DNA of 64,000 nt from Raillietiella orientalis (taxonomy: Eukaryota), in the NCBI GenBank assembly GCA_036172245.1, contig JAYWIR010000017.1:2604001-2668000 (forward strand), in the 5' to 3' direction. Shown here piece by piece: positions 35,751 to 49,043 of this stretch. The notes beneath the pieces were generated by a model. That model was not told the DNA's origin. It saw only the letters and a program-made list of their open reading frames with translations, and made no database searches. Position numbers and translations under genes: made by a program. The first letter of the stretch is position 1. Every line of letters starts with the position of its first letter.

Positions 35751-36669
35751 GCGCAGCGGGAAAGAACCGAGCAGATCGCGCGCGCGCGCACACCCCCGGG
35801 GTCGACACTCCCTCCGTGGAGGCGCGCGGCGACGGCGCGCGCGCTCCCTCCATTTGTCGCTCGCCCGCGGCGGCACCCGGAGTCAGGCGGCGTCCGCCGT
35901 CCTTTCTTTGTCCGGTTTTCTTGTGAAAGGCGCGCCCGTCGCCATTCGTCAGCGGCAGACGGGCGCGTTTCGGCGTCGCTTCGGTCCCCGCCTGGCTGGA
36001 GGGGGCGACGGTGCGAAAGAGGAGGAGGAGGAGGAGGAGGAGGTCTAAAAGGAAGAAGAAGAGACTCCCTCTTGACGACTCCACGCGGCCCTGGAGCTGC
36101 GCGCCCCTCCGGTGTGACAGCTCCAGCGATTAAAGAGCGCAGTCGTGCGCATCAATCAGCGCGGGGAGGGAAAACAAGGCGGCTCCTCCCTACCGGGTTA
36201 CGCGCACGCACGCGCGCTCTCCCGAGGACACCCGCGATCCTCCTCCGCTTTTCCCCCTTTCGCTTCCCGAAAGCTCCCGGAGGGGGAGGCAAAGGGCGCG
36301 GTGGCAGGTTCCCGCTAGACGCGAGCGCGGGGCGCGGGGCTGCGGGCGCGCGCCCAGATGGCGCGACCGTCCGATCGTCTCCAATTGTTCGCCCGCGTGC
36401 GCGGACGACGCGGCCTTCGCTCCCTTGGCGCGGAGTGAAGGACGACCTCACCCGGGACTTACGGATTCCCGGGACCTCCACTGGACTGCATTCCACGAGC
36501 CGCTCCTCCTCTTCCTCTATCCCCTATTCCTACTTTCCTCCTCCTTTCTTCCTTCCCCTCCCTACCTCCTCCTCCTCCTCCTATACTTCCCCTCCCTTCT
36601 TCCTCCTTCTCCTCTCTTCCTTTCTCTCCCTTCTTCCTCCTCCTCCGCTCTTCATCCCTCCTTTAGCAA

Positions 36670-38200
36670 CCGCAGGAGGTGGATCCACACAGCCCCTTTC
36701 TTTCGCGCTCGACCTCCTCAAGGCGCCTGCAGAGGGATATGGCGCCACGACAAGCGGCGAGAAGCACCCTGAGGCCTCCCCCGGGACGTCTCTTCCGTCG
36801 AGGGAAAATCCGATGGGGGGGATGGACGCTCTCTCGCCCTCCTCAGGAAGGGATGCGGGAGGAAGGAGAGGCAACATGGCCGACCCTAGCGGCGATGGTG
36901 CGGGCCGCAGTCACCCGCCACGAACGCCGACGGCACGAATCCGGGGGCACCAGCAACGGTCCCTTTCTTCTTTCCGGTGCCTTGCGTATTCCCTCCAACA
37001 AGGGTCCCAGGGCCACTCTCGAGGACGCCTGTGGCTTCATCTTGACCACCGTTATTTCCTCAAGGCTGACGGCAGGTCGACACCTCCGAGAGGGCAAAGA
37101 ATCACCCGTCCGTGGTCCTCCCTTTCCCCCTTCTCGTTCCTCCCTATCTGCCCGCGGAGAAGCAGGAGCGTCGGCGCCACTCCTCTCTCCGAGGTCACTG
37201 TTGGCGCCCGAGGGGCCCCCGGAAGACGACAGGAAGATCATAGGAGGACGCTCGGCGTCTGCGGCCCTGGGCGCTCCACACGGCGCCTCCGGCAGAATTG
37301 GCAGCCAAAGTTGCGGACTAACCGGAAGGCTGCGCAGAGTGGGGTGGGAATCCAGGTCGGATCTCGACTACCAGCACCCTCGGAAACTGAAAGACAAGGA
37401 GGGCTTAGGAAGGGGTAGGAAGCGCGTGGCCTCCCGATTTTTCGGCTCATTTCCCTCAGAGGACCGCGGGAACACCCTCACGACTTAGGGAGAGACGACC
37501 CCACGCGAGAGCTTCGCTCCCTAGGGCATGGGTGGCAGGATGAGGAGGAGAGGAGTGCAGCGAGGGAGAGGGGTGGAAGGAAACTGCCACGCGACCCATT
37601 CCGGCCTCTCTGCAATCTTCCCCCTGGATCCTCCTGGTGCTTCCAGCATTCTCGATCTTCCGCTCTCCCTCTCCCGGAGGTGTCACAGCCTCCGATCCGA
37701 CGGCTCCCTAGAGTCGCAGAGCAGCCTTCGGACAAATTCGATTCTAGCGGCGGCCAGACAGGCAGCGGGAGGAAAGCGCGCTCCGTGCGCCTCAGCATCC
37801 GAGGGATGAAGCATGGGAAAAAGGGAAGGGATATCCGCAGTCCCAGAAGCTGCCCCTGACCTTACCCTCCCTTTTGCTTCCGTCTCCCTGGTTTCACTCT
37901 CGCTCCCAACACTCCGGGAGGGAAAAGCACCCGGGAGCATTTCCCTTTGGGTGCTGGGGAAGAGACGAGGTTGCTGTCAAGGAGACTTCAGGAGCATCCT
38001 GCTCCCGAACTCTGCCAGGAACACTGCTCCAAGCCAAGGGAGAGTCTCCGGTGAGCTCAGCTGCGGGATCAGTCGGCCGCCAACTCCAGGCGCGTCCTCC
38101 TCGCGAACCCTTGCCGTGAGGGTCCTCAAGAACGGTCTCGCGGCAACGTCGCGACGGACCCACCTCTCGCCAACCGACTAAGGGGGGGATTTCATTCGGA
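36670..38200 (+). mobile_element. L1/Tx1-like relic, endonuclease and RT N-terminus
   Basis: In order: HLDHRYF (~RLDRxY), PLSEV (~SDH), RQNWQPK (~WKLN), LREGKAPGS (~KAPGPDG), ILLPN, ISRPP, RTLAVRV (~ILAxRL). Confidence 0.6.
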
Positions 38201-38719
38201 ATGCGTGACCGTCCGCTTACACACGAGGAGCGCCGAAAGGAGGACTTCTCGAGAGAGGAGGCCCTTCGACAGTGGTGACCCTTCCCAGAGGTCATGTTCT
38301 TCAGCAGAAAGAGGACGGCGACAGGCAGAAAAGTATGCCCCCTCGGAGGAGGTAGGAGCAGTCTTTCTCCCTGCGAAACGGGAGGGAGAGAAGCGAAGGA
38401 TGAGAGGGGGGGGGGGAACAGGCGCAAACAATCAAAGGAGCTTGGGCAAGAAGAGACAGCAGCAGTATAGCAAGGACAAGGAGCGCAGAAAGGGCAAGAA
38501 AAAGAGCAGGGACAGGAAGGAGAGAAATAAGATGGAAGAAGGGACAATGGGAGCAAAGGAGAGAAAGGGACGGAAGCAGCGAAGGCAAGAGAGAAACGAG
38601 GACCACGAAGACGAGGACACGAGCCCCCACTCTCCTCTCAGCTTGCCTGAGTAGGGCGAGCAGCAGCGCCTCCCACCCGCTGACCCAGAGTCCTGCGAAC
38701 TCTCGTCAGAGCTGATCCC

Positions 38720-40800
38720 TTGAGGTTCCATCCCGGAGGATCCTCAAGAAGAGAGATCACGGAGGAAACGACTCCCACCGGGACATTCTCCGCCTCCCCC
38801 AGTCGTCCTGCTCAACATCCTCCACGCGTCGTGGAAACCACGGCGGGCAGGAGGCGCCGCCTCACGCTGGGTGACGCTGCGCCGCGCCCCTGGAAGCGGA
38901 CCTTCGCTCCATCACCTTCCTCTCCGTGTCGCCACAACAACGTCCTGCGTTCATTTTCCCCTCTCTGGCAGTTTTTCTCTCCCAGGCTTCCTCCTGAAGT
39001 CACTGGACTTCTTCCCGACAGCTCCCTGCTACCTACCGAGAATCCCCTGGGACGATCAGCTTTGACACCCACACAGGGCAGATCAGCGGAGCTAGCCCCT
39101 GAACTCCTCCTTCTGATGCAGGGAGAGGAAAGTCCTTCGTTAAGGAGCTCCCACTCCACGAGTCTGAGGAGGCACGCATGGATCCGAAGGTGCGGTCCGG
39201 ATGCTGCGACCTTTCCGTCTTGCTTCGCCTCCTCCGAAATAGCACACCGGCCCCCTTGGCCTCGCCGCCTCGGGAGCGAGCGTCTTCTTCGGCTCCGCTG
39301 CTAGCTGCGGGAGCCGCCCCGGGCGCCATGAAGAGTGGAGAAAGGAATCCGGCAAGAAGCTGCGCGCGGGGAGACGCGGGGCGCTTCCGGACCAACCCAC
39401 TGCTGCCGACTTCCCGTCCCGGCCCCTGGGACGTAGAGCGTTGCCACGCGCTCGAGTGGGACAGGGGACGGAAGATCTCGCTTACCATCCTTGCGTTAGG
39501 GGGGAGGAACCTCCCGAGCGCTTGCTCCCTGAGCTTCCGGGAAGCCCAGCAAGCGGAGGAGTAGGCGAAGAACAGATGGTCCTGACGGGAGCCTCGCCAC
39601 AACCGCTTCCTGCCGCAGCCCACGCCCATCGGAGTCCCCTCCGGAGATAGGAGGCTTCCGTCACCACCACTCCTTTCCCCTACGGGCGCGATAGAAGCCC
39701 TTGCTGGGCAAAAAATAAGAACATTTTTTCTGGAAGGAAAAGTTTCTTTCCTGTGGGTGTGTCTTCCCGACGAAGAGCACTGGGAGTCTCCGCCCAGCCA
39801 CCGGAGGGAAGAAATGGTGCCAGCAGCGGATGTCAGGGCATCAGAACCTCCCATTGAAGGCGTCCAGACGCATTCGGCTTTCAGCAGGAGGAGAGCGGTT
39901 TGCTCTTCCTGCCCTTCGTGCCCTCTCCTTCTTGGGAATGCCTGGAGCCCGGACGCGAGCGAGGTCCCCCTATTTCTGCTTGACCGCCGCCTCCGCCTTC
40001 GGCGGGAGGGCGTGATGCAAGCCTCGGAGGGCGTCTGCAAGGTAGCGGACGGAAGCAGGGCGTGGCCTCCCGACCAGTCTTGGAGAGTGGATGGGAGAGA
40101 AGCTCCCGATCCTCTTTCTTCCTTTGGCACCGAAGGTAACTCGACGTTCTTTAGAGCACCCGAAACAAAGTGCAGCAAAAGGGGCGAGGCTGAGGATACG
40201 CCCTGAGTGCACGCTGCTCGCTCTTGCGGATGGCCCTTTCCAGCTAAAACCGCCGCCTCTTTCTTCTTCCTTCTCTCTCTCTCTCTCTGTCCGGCGCGAT
40301 TCGACTGCTGGGCGGAGCCATCTACAGAGAAGATTCTGCTCCATGAGCAGCACGTGCGCTCCACGGAGAGCTTCTCTAGCTCCATGGAGACGCCCGTGGA
40401 GAAAGAAAACCTTCTAGCCGATTCGGCAGCGGAGTCGACAATAAGCGGAGATGCCTTCAGAGGCAGGAAGTGCTGACCCGGGTACTCGCGAAGGAGCAGC
40501 ACCGGGACCCTCCAGGGACTCGAAGAGGCAGGCACCCGCATTTTGGAGCCAATGCTGGGGACAGCGCCCGAGGTCTACCGGTACTTGCAGAGAGCATCCG
40601 ACACTGGACTTCATTCCCCTTTAATGTGCGGGTGGATGGCATGAGCGTGGAGCATCTTAGCGGAAGCCGCAGGTGCGTCGAGATGCGGCGTCTTCCTTTT
40701 GCTTTTCCTCGCAGCGCACCAGGAAGACATCAGAGGGATGTTCGCTAGGGGAGGATGAGAAACTGCTGTCCCATTCCTGGGATCTGGAAGAGTCGCACTA
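38720..40800 (-). mobile_element. L1/Tx1-like relic, ORF1 and endonuclease
   Basis: RVPASSS...LLREYPGQHF (ORF1 YPGQ), GERSGGDGSLL (also at about 35700) and LFFAYSS (~NVYAP). Confidence 0.5.
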
Positions 40801-40899
40801 GGAATACTCTCTCTAGAAAAATATGGAACGCGGCGCTCCTCAGATACCTTCACCATTCTCCGGCTTCTCCCCTGCTCCTTAGGCTCTCTACGATGCGCT

Positions 40900-43560
40900 T
40901 GGTTCGCAAAGGTCTACAAATGAACTCTAAATGAATGCCGGCGCCATCGGTCGAGAAGAGACTCTGTCGCAACTGTGCCCCAGGCCCACAGGGAAGTGAT
41001 ATCCCTCACACGCTGCCTCTGCACCATCCGACACCGTTGGCAACGCTCCTCTCCCCCCTTCTCCTCCAGCAGAGACCCTGATGCACCCTAGAGGATACAC
41101 CCTGGACATTACTGCAGCGGCACGGAACTTGCTCCTGCTGCAGCAATGCAAGGCGGGGCTGTGTTCCCGGAGGCTCCACAGCGGGAGCTGGCTGCTCATC
41201 GGGGTCTCGCCAGCAACATTAACCACGTGACGTCTCCACCAGGAAGAAAGCAGACCTGGACAGTTTCCCACACCTGGACAAGAGACCGGAGAAGAACGTC
41301 TTAAGGGTAGCAAAGAGACCGTGGCACTAGACTCAGTGCAGAACCTCGGCTCCACCGTCCTATCTATTTATCCCGTTTGCGACATCGCCTGCCTCGCGCC
41401 GCAGTCAAGTGGTTAGGCGGTTCCCCTTCCAAGTGCTATTGGGCTCAGATAGGGACCATCCCATGAGCGTATCATGAGCTCCTTCGAGAGGTTAGAGCGA
41501 CGAAGACGTCGTCACAAGGGTGAAGAGGTGGGAGGGACTTATTCATCCTGACAGGAGCCGCGGCCTCTCGCTCCCGGGGATTCTCGAGAGACTCGGGTGG
41601 GCATGCTCATCGGGAACTTCCAGGTCAATTCCGAATCATCTCAGGCGGCAGAGGGTGCTACGTGGAAATGAAGTTCCAAGAGCACGACTCCGAAGTCAAC
41701 AGGCAGGTTATCCAAAGGGAGCACAAGCCCCACACCCATCAGACTGAATATCTCGGACTGGAACGAGTTTCTCTTTAGACCGGGCGGCCTTCTCACCCTG
41801 AATCGCCCTCCTTGCTGTGCGCGTTTTTTCCCGACCTGAGCGTCGGCGTTCGCTGAGCCGCGCGCTCCCACGACACGTCAACGTCATGTTCATTGAATTT
41901 CAAGGAGCAGACGTTCCAGCTTGGCCATCTCCTTACCGACTGCAGGGACAATTCATTTCACAAGTACAATTTGTGCGGTTAGACCGGCGCTGACATCTGC
42001 CGGTCTCAAACGCAACTCGGGACGCAACCACCGAGCGAAGGGAGTCCCGCGAAAGACGACAAATAAATGGGAGATGGTGGGGAGAGGACCCGTGGCACCG
42101 CAAGCGATCCATAGGGGCCTTCGTTGGGCAGGGAAGGGAGAGGAGCGAGTCACGATGCGTCCACCGGTTTCGGGATGAGCCCCCTACCGCCACACATTCC
42201 CGATTGGGCCGCCTCGCTGCCCTCCATTTCGGCTGCCCGGCACCGCTCGCACGTGGCGGGGAATCGCTAGCGAGGAGGCGGTTGGCGACCATGGACATGC
42301 TGGCACATCCGCTCAAGCGGATCCTCTGGGTCAGCAGCATCGGGGAGCTCGGGTGCCCACGGGATGCTCCAGCCTTCCTCATTCCGAAAGCGCGTGCAGG
42401 CAGGGTTCCCAACACAGCCTGCAGCGGGTGTACGCTCCCCGAGGCGTCGCGGCGACCGCTCCTCGTTTCGGGGGAGCGCAAGTTGCGTCCCGCCATCAGG
42501 ATGGCAGTCCAATGGTGACAGAGGAACAGGACTGAGACCGGGATGTGGAAGCTTCGACGGGAAGCGCCGGGAAACTCCATCCATCTTTGCGGGTATCCTG
42601 ACCGTGGTCCTTGGGCGGGCTTCGTTCTCCAGCCGAGACGCTTCCCGCCGTGAGATGATGGGCTTGGCGATTCTCGCGCGGACCAGGAGGTCGTGCTGTT
42701 TCCATGACGAGGCCACCGTTTTGAAACGACGGTTTGCGGGAAGCTCCGAGCGCAGGAGCCATCATGACCTCTGTCCACCGCTCAAGCTATTGCTCCGTCC
42801 GTCGTCCAGCAGGCCTTTCCCCACAACCGTAAAGCCGCCTCCTCCCTCGTCGCCTCCGCAGCTTGCCGAGCAATCACGTGACCCGCATTCAAGAGCCGAG
42901 AATGCGCGAAAGCGCCTCCGCACTACGACAGCCACTGAATCCAGAGTCCCGTGGAGGCCGAGTGGCGCCATGGTTCCGTCCGGTCGCCTGTCCCCCTTTC
43001 TGGCGCACCAGTAAGTCCCCAGCATCCCGCGAGGAGAAAGCAGTCCTCGAGCAGAAGGCTATTCTCGCCATCTGGACCTCTCAGTCTACGGTTAGCGAGT
43101 ATTCGAGACGAAGGCGGAAACGCTCAGCGCATCTTCTGGAAAACCACGATGCTTTCTGAGATCAAAGGTGCTCAGGACGGCATGAAGATGGGGGGGAGGG
43201 AGGTCACGAGGGGCAGGGACGAGGAAGAAGGCACTCGGTGTGCAACCCTCCGGGATCGCTACGAGCAGGACGGAAATCTTTCGGACGCTCGAAACGTGAC
43301 GTCACGAGCGCGCCGAGCATGCGTTCCTGGACCACGCCAACCTTCGGTGGACAGGAAGATGAAATCCGTGGACTCCTTCGCACAGCCCCCCATCCGGCAG
43401 CTGACACCCTGACCAGAGTCCGACTCTTCCTCGCTGCGCGCGGCCGCTGAGATCTTCGCTACGAGCCAGCGTGCGGACGCCCGGGGAAGGTGGCTGCGGC
43501 TGCTACCTGCACGCGTCTGAGAAGCCACGCGACCCCAAGTGACCTGCCATGCCATGCCAC
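40900..43560 (-). mobile_element. L1/Tx1-like relic, ORF2 (endonuclease, RT, zinc finger; internally deleted)
   Basis: Endonuclease-like segment at about 43300-43560, SSPMLLTQRIRL...MVANRLL (~RPISLLNxDYKI...LANRL) at about 42270-42350, and a frameshifted CPG-x-ETV zinc finger at about 41260. Confidence 0.55.
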
Positions 43561-44274
43561 CCGCTCGCCCTTCCTGCGACCGAGCGTCCGATCGGAGAGC
43601 CCACTGCTGCTGCGAACGGGCATGTTTTTTTTTCCTTTTTTTTTTTTTTTGTCTTTCCAGGTCATTAATTAAACACGCACGGACACCTCATTCCCGAGAC
43701 CGATTTGTATTTTCCTGGAGACAGCTCTTTCCCTTCCGCCTCTCTGCGCAGTGCCATGATAATTAAGGAAGCACTCCTTTTTTCCTCCTCTTTATTGACC
43801 GATGGCTCTTTCGAAAATCGCATTTTTTTTTTGGTCCTTTTTTTTTTATTTTATAAAATCTTGACAGAATATAAATGGATTTTTTATACTCAGGCCAGAA
43901 GGAGCACAAAGGAAGTCGGTGACGTCGGACACCACCTTTGGAGGACGCCTCTAATTTGTTCGCCTCGTAATAGCAGCCTGTCTCCGCGTTCGAGGAATTC
44001 TCCTGCGCATGGGAAGAACAGGTAGCGGAAGAAACCGCGCGCCCGAGAGTAATTGCTGGCGCCGCGTTTATTTGCGCGTTTCCCGGCGCTGCTGCTGCTG
44101 CTGATGATGATGATGGGGCGCGGCGGCGGCGAAGCCAGCGAGCGCGCGTGAAGCTTCCCCTCGCCGATTTCCTGGAGTAAAAGTTCTTCCCCCCCCCCCC
44201 CTCTTCCCCTATTCGGCGGGACCGCCGGCAGGGAAGCAAGGCAGGAGGGGGCCGTGTACCATTCACTTTGGACT

Positions 44275-44675
44275 CCGTCACGAGCGTTCCTGGACCACGC
44301 CAACCTTGGGTGGGCAGGCAGATGAAACCCGCGGGCTCTCTCCTTGTTCGCGCATTGCCCCCATCCGGCGGCGGAGCTCATTCTTCCGGGCGACGGGCGA
44401 CGCTCTGCGCGCAAGAATCGCACGCGCGCCTGGACAGGACGGGTGCGGGAGCAGGGGAACAAAACTTCCGCGCGCGCGCGACACGCGCGCACATCGGGGC
44501 ACGAAAGACAGGAGGGGAGGCTTTCCCTCCTCCGTGCAGCTGACCTCTTGACCAGAGTCCGAATCTTCCTCACTGCGCGCTGACGGAGACCGCGGCGAAA
44601 TCAACGTGCGAGACGCGTGCTACCTGCACGCGTCCAAGAGACCACGCGAGACCGCAAGTGACCTGCCGTGCCACC
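44275..44675 (-). repeat. Diverged copy of the endonuclease fragment at 43300-43560 with an insertion of about 170 bp
   Basis: Shared blocks GCGTTCCTGGACCACGCCAACCTT, TGACCAGAGTCCGA, TGCTACCTGCACGCGTC and CAAGTGACCTGCC. Confidence 0.8.
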
Positions 44676-46399
44676 CCGGGCGATCCTGTCCAGGGACGCG
44701 CCAGAGGGCGGCTGTCTGGACAGAAGAAACTGCTCCCTTGAGGGCGCACGCGCGAGGCGGTGGCTGGCGCGGAGAGGACGGAGGAGAGCTCAACACGGGA
44801 TGGCGAGCACGAACGGGACGAAGCACTGCCGAAAGCACGGGATACTTGGATAGGCGAGCTCGGTCACGTGGCCACTCGCCGGCACTCGTACAGGACGTGC
44901 GCGCGCGCGCGCAATCGCCGTTCGAAAATAAATACGAGGTCTAATCACACGCTCGCAGCAAGAGCCGCAGCAGGCGCAAGTGCGCCAATAATTACAGGGT
45001 GAGCGGAAGACTTAATGGACGCTCCGCCGGCCAAGTTCTGCTTCCCGGAACAGGGAAAGAGGGGAAGGAAGAAATCACTCTCGACATCCCCGTGGAGCCA
45101 AGCGTCTGCAAGAGATGGAGGCAATTAGCTTAATGAACCGATGGCGCGCTGCGGTCTCTGCGCGGGAGGCTTGCGAAGGGAAGGAAGCACCCTCCCACGA
45201 GGAGGAGGAGGAGGAGGAGGCGGGCCTTTTTCGGTCGAACCCGGAAGTCCCCGAGCACACCGGGGGCTGGAGGAAAAAAAAAAAGAGGAGGCAGCGAAGC
45301 GGAAGCGAACGCGCGCGGGGGCTCGCCGCGTGCGTCCCGCCCCGGGCGAGCCCTCTCCCGCTGGCAGGGCCCGAGCCGGCGGAGGAGGGAAGAGCTGGAG
45401 AGCTCTTCCGGTCGCCTCCGCGTTCTTCCCGGGCGCAAAGGAGCCCGGGAAGCGATGGGTCCCCGCGCGAGGCGCCGCGGCCGCCGCCAGCGGCGAGCGA
45501 CGGAAGCGCACTTCCGCCTCAGGTGCTTCCCGCGCGGCTCTCCGCCCTCTCGGAATGGCTCGGAGGGGAAACGGACGACAGCGGAATCGCCGCTCTCTCT
45601 CTTCGCAGGAGCCCGCCTCGACTTCCCCCCCCCCTCCTCCGCCGCCGCCTCCCGGCGCGCGGAACAGCGAGGCGGATAACTCAGTTTCCCCTTCCTCCCC
45701 GGGTTTGCAGGCGGGGAACGGGAACGGCCTGTCGGAGCCCCGCCGCCGAGACTGGGGTGCCTCCCGTGCTGACCGCTTGCCGCGGGTTCGCCCCGGAAGG
45801 GAGGGACCCCCGGCCGGAGACACGCCGCCAAACAGAGGGGGGGGGGGCGACAAGTCCCTCCGGCGCGGCTGTCGTTCGCGCCAGAGACTCCCGAAGGAAC
45901 CGCTCCTTTCTCGCTGACGCTCTCCTTCCAGCCGCTAGGGGGGAACGCGCGCCGCGTGGGCACCTCCTCGCGGCCCGCGGACCGCGCCGGCTCGCCCGGG
46001 CAGGAAATTGCAAATTTTTCCCCTCCCAAATTGTCGGCTTCCTCCTCTGGCGTCTCCTTCCGGGCGCCTCGATTCCCGATAACCGCAAAAACCCGGGCAA
46101 AAAAGAGAAAGTCGCGTTTAATTTATGAATAAAACTTGTAATAATTAATATTTATTTCCATCTAATTGAGAAATTAGACTTCTTTAATTTATTGCTGCGG
46201 AAAAAGAAAGAAAGAAAAGAAAAGAAAAAAAAAGGGAAGTCGCCCCAACAAAAAAGCAGCTGCGGTTTCATTTCTGACCGAGCTGGTCGGATGGACCCAC
46301 GGACGCAATGGCGGAATTTTTCTAAAAATAAAAGGAAGGCTCTTTGAGGTGGAACAGAGTTCTGGAGATTGGCCGCGGAAGAAAGCGATCGGGACGAGG

Positions 46400-46800
46400 C
46401 GAGCGGAAGAACATGGGAGGGGGGACGGGCGGACGAGGGAATCCCTCATTCTTTCAACAAGTTGGGAATGGTGGCAGAGAATGGGTGGCACGCTGATGCT
46501 TGTGGTAATGACGGTTGCATTGGGGACTATGGTTGCGTATGAGGGTTCATGAGGGTCCATTCGCGCGCCGAGATGTGTTTTTTTGATCAGCGTATGTGAT
46601 GGTGTGTACTTGGTTGAGGATGGGATGATTCTACTGGTGAAGACTGCAGTGCGATGGGATTGTCAGAACGATCTCTCCAGAGTCAAAGTTTATGGAGCTG
46701 TGTATCTGGTTTATGGGTCGTTGCTACTGCGAACTGGTGTGGTGCGTTTCCTGGGGTTGATCGTTGCCGGACGATAAGGATGAGCATGGAGAGATCCCGG
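46400..46800 (-). mobile_element. L1-like endonuclease relic of a different, A/C-rich family
   Basis: Minus-strand translation PQETHH...INFDSGE...HTITYADQK..RR resembles the QETH...DxxGR layout of APE endonucleases. Confidence 0.5.
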
Positions 46801-46899
46801 CTCATTGGCTGGCCGCGTTGCCGTCCAACAAAACGCACCGTTCCTTTCGGCGTCCGGAATCTGTGGGGATTACAAAAGTGACCTGGCAAACAAGGAAGC

Positions 46900-47935
46900 C
46901 TCGTTTTCACGCCCTGAGCTCAAGGAGCGAGGTCCCGAGTAAGGGAACAGGTAAGCAGGATTTTCAAGTGCCCTTGCCTGTGGCCTTCGTTTGCCTGATG
47001 CTCGCGCTTCTTGGCGCACCTGATTTGTCGTTAGCCACGAATTTTAAAGCAGGATTGCCCTGCTCACTGTTTTGAATCAATCCTATTTTCTGGCGGCTGA
47101 TTTTTTTCCTTTTTTCCTCATAGACGCACGAGGATGAACGTGCTGTGTGGGTGGCTGCTAGGTGACAAGGAAAAGTCCAGCTTCTTCGAAGCAAATGTGC
47201 TGCATTTTGAGGCGAAGTTATTCAGGTTCTGGCAGCGACACACTCGCGGAATGAGAACAGGCCTCTTCTTCTCGAACAGGACTGGAGAAACAGAATGAAG
47301 CGAAAAGGACTCTGCACTTGAGCGCCATCATCAATCAGGACCGGTTTCAGTCATCCATCCGTTCTGGAATGAGCACGCCGCCTCTTGGCGCTTCCTTCTG
47401 AACCCGCTGCCTCCGGCAGCAGACCGCAATCTTCCTGGGAGCCTCGAGTCCAGGGAGAGGCGGGCTCTGGAGCATGCTCGAGGAAGAACCCAACACCATG
47501 GGTTGCATCCGCGCCATCATCACGACCCGCCATGTGCTTGAGACGCAGATTGCAGCGAAGGTGGGTCACCCTGGCTGGCGGTCGCCGCCTGTTTGAGGAC
47601 GGCTACTAAGTGACCTCACCTGGAAGAAGGAGATCGCCGATTCTAGAAGGAAGGAGCGGCTGTCCATCCTTTCTTTATCATTTGTTGTCCCCTCCCATGC
47701 AATCCGGACTTTTCCGGTGTTTTTTTTCTTCTTTTTACAAGGAACCAGCGATACCAAAGACTTTTTTATTTATTTTTTTATTTTTTCTCCCATCCGTTCT
47801 GGACTTTTAGTGGCCGACTTTCGTGTCGGTGGATCCTCCACCTGAACTTCTTTTTGCCTTCCGTCGGGAGCAGCGCGCTTCCAACTAGTTTGTTCTTTTT
47901 GAGTAAACGCCCCGAGGCGACCGGATGATAAATTT
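46900..47935 (+). mobile_element. L1/Tx1-like 3' end, subfamily 2
   Basis: IFWRLIF-like segment and a decayed zinc finger at about 47240, then a T-rich UTR and TTCCAACTAGTTT...GTAAACGCCCCGAGGCGACCGGATGATAAA. Confidence 0.55.
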
Positions 47936-48619
47936 CCCTGCACGTGGTTCCCATTCCTTCGACTTCGTCCGAAGACAAAGGAAACTCGCTCTTGTCGACT
48001 GGCTTCGCTGTGGGTCGAATCCACGCACTCCTAGATGATCAGCACACGGTCCATTCCGGGATCTGCGACGCTTCGCGGTCAAAAAAATTTTCGCCGCCGG
48101 ATCGCCCGCCACTGGTCTCCCACTTCCTGGGCAGTGATGAGAGCAAGCATTCCATCCCCCAAGAAACTTCTCTCTAAGCCCACCTCTCGTACCCTCACAT
48201 TCTCGACTCGAGGAGGAACACAACACACTTCAACCACAATCTTATATGTGACGTGACCTCAATCCCCAATAACATGGAAACCCAGGAGCTTTCTTGGCTG
48301 GATGGTGCTCTCTCCCCGTCTTGATTTGCTTGGACGCCTCTTTCGCGCTGCCTCGCAACAGCTCCTGCGTGTAATAAAGGCAAATCTCTGCAGGCTTTTT
48401 TTTTCTATTTATTTATTTTAATTTTGCTCACGGTTGTTGTAACACACATTTCTCTGGTAGCTCCTTTCCTTCCTCCCTCTCCCCCCCACCTTCCACCCCA
48501 GACTTGCATCTCGACCGTCATTCTGCAATATATCATTCCCTTCTTTCTTGTTGGTGGCATTTCTTTTGAAGAAACCCTTCAAGAAAGCCTTTCCTGGCCC
48601 GGCTCATCCAACGTTACAG

Positions 48620-49010
48620 CATAATTCATGCGTTTCCACTGAGGTTCGCCCCGACGAACCACCGACTTCCGAGTAGCGACTTGTGTGGCGATTCAGCTCG
48701 CACTTCCAGTTCCTTGGCGTCGTTCCCACGCGTTCCAGAAAGTACCAACTCGAAAACTGCACTTCAAGGGGACCGGAGATGCTTCGGTGCGTCTTGCCGG
48801 AGACCCTGCTCTCCAGAAGGGTCGCTGGCCGCTCCCACGTCGAAACCCTTGCGTTCCGTTTTGCTTCATGCGCAACGAAGCTAACAGGTCTTCGAGTTTT
48901 GCAGCTTTGGTCTTTTCCTCAAAGTCATCCACCGAGGGGCAAACGAAACCGAGTCTTCTGGTTTTTAACAGGTTGGCTTGAATGAATTTCACTAAGCCAA
49001 CGGAGTGAAG
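48620..49010 (-). mobile_element. RTE-like RT fragment
   Basis: SVDDFEEK...KLEDLLASL...G (~ADD...LQxLLxxL...GL) followed by LEVQFSSWYFL (~LExVxxFxYLG). Confidence 0.3.
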
Positions 49011-49016
49011 CATCAG

Positions 49017-49043
49017 ATGTATGTGTGTGTGCGTGTGTGTGTA
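49017..49043 (+). repeat. Imperfect (TG)n microsatellite
   Basis: atgtatgtgtgtgtgcgtgtgtgtgta. Confidence 0.8.

Noticed and set aside
35400..37418. 672-aa plus-strand ORF
   Set aside because: Arg/Pro/Gly/Ser-rich low-complexity translation in very GC-rich DNA with a non-ATG start. Only its 3' part overlaps a decayed LINE endonuclease.
35669..39700. Repeat of about 80 bp at ~35669-35746 and ~39621-39698
   Set aside because: Explained as the same endonuclease segment in two LINE relics.
39033..40541. 502-aa minus-strand ORF
   Set aside because: Drifts in and out of decayed ORF1 and endonuclease similarity. It is open because of GC content, not an intact protein.
45115..46128. 337-aa ORF and an Inr-like TCAGTT at 45681
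   Set aside because: Low-complexity product with nearly all frames open; no supporting TATA box or DPE.
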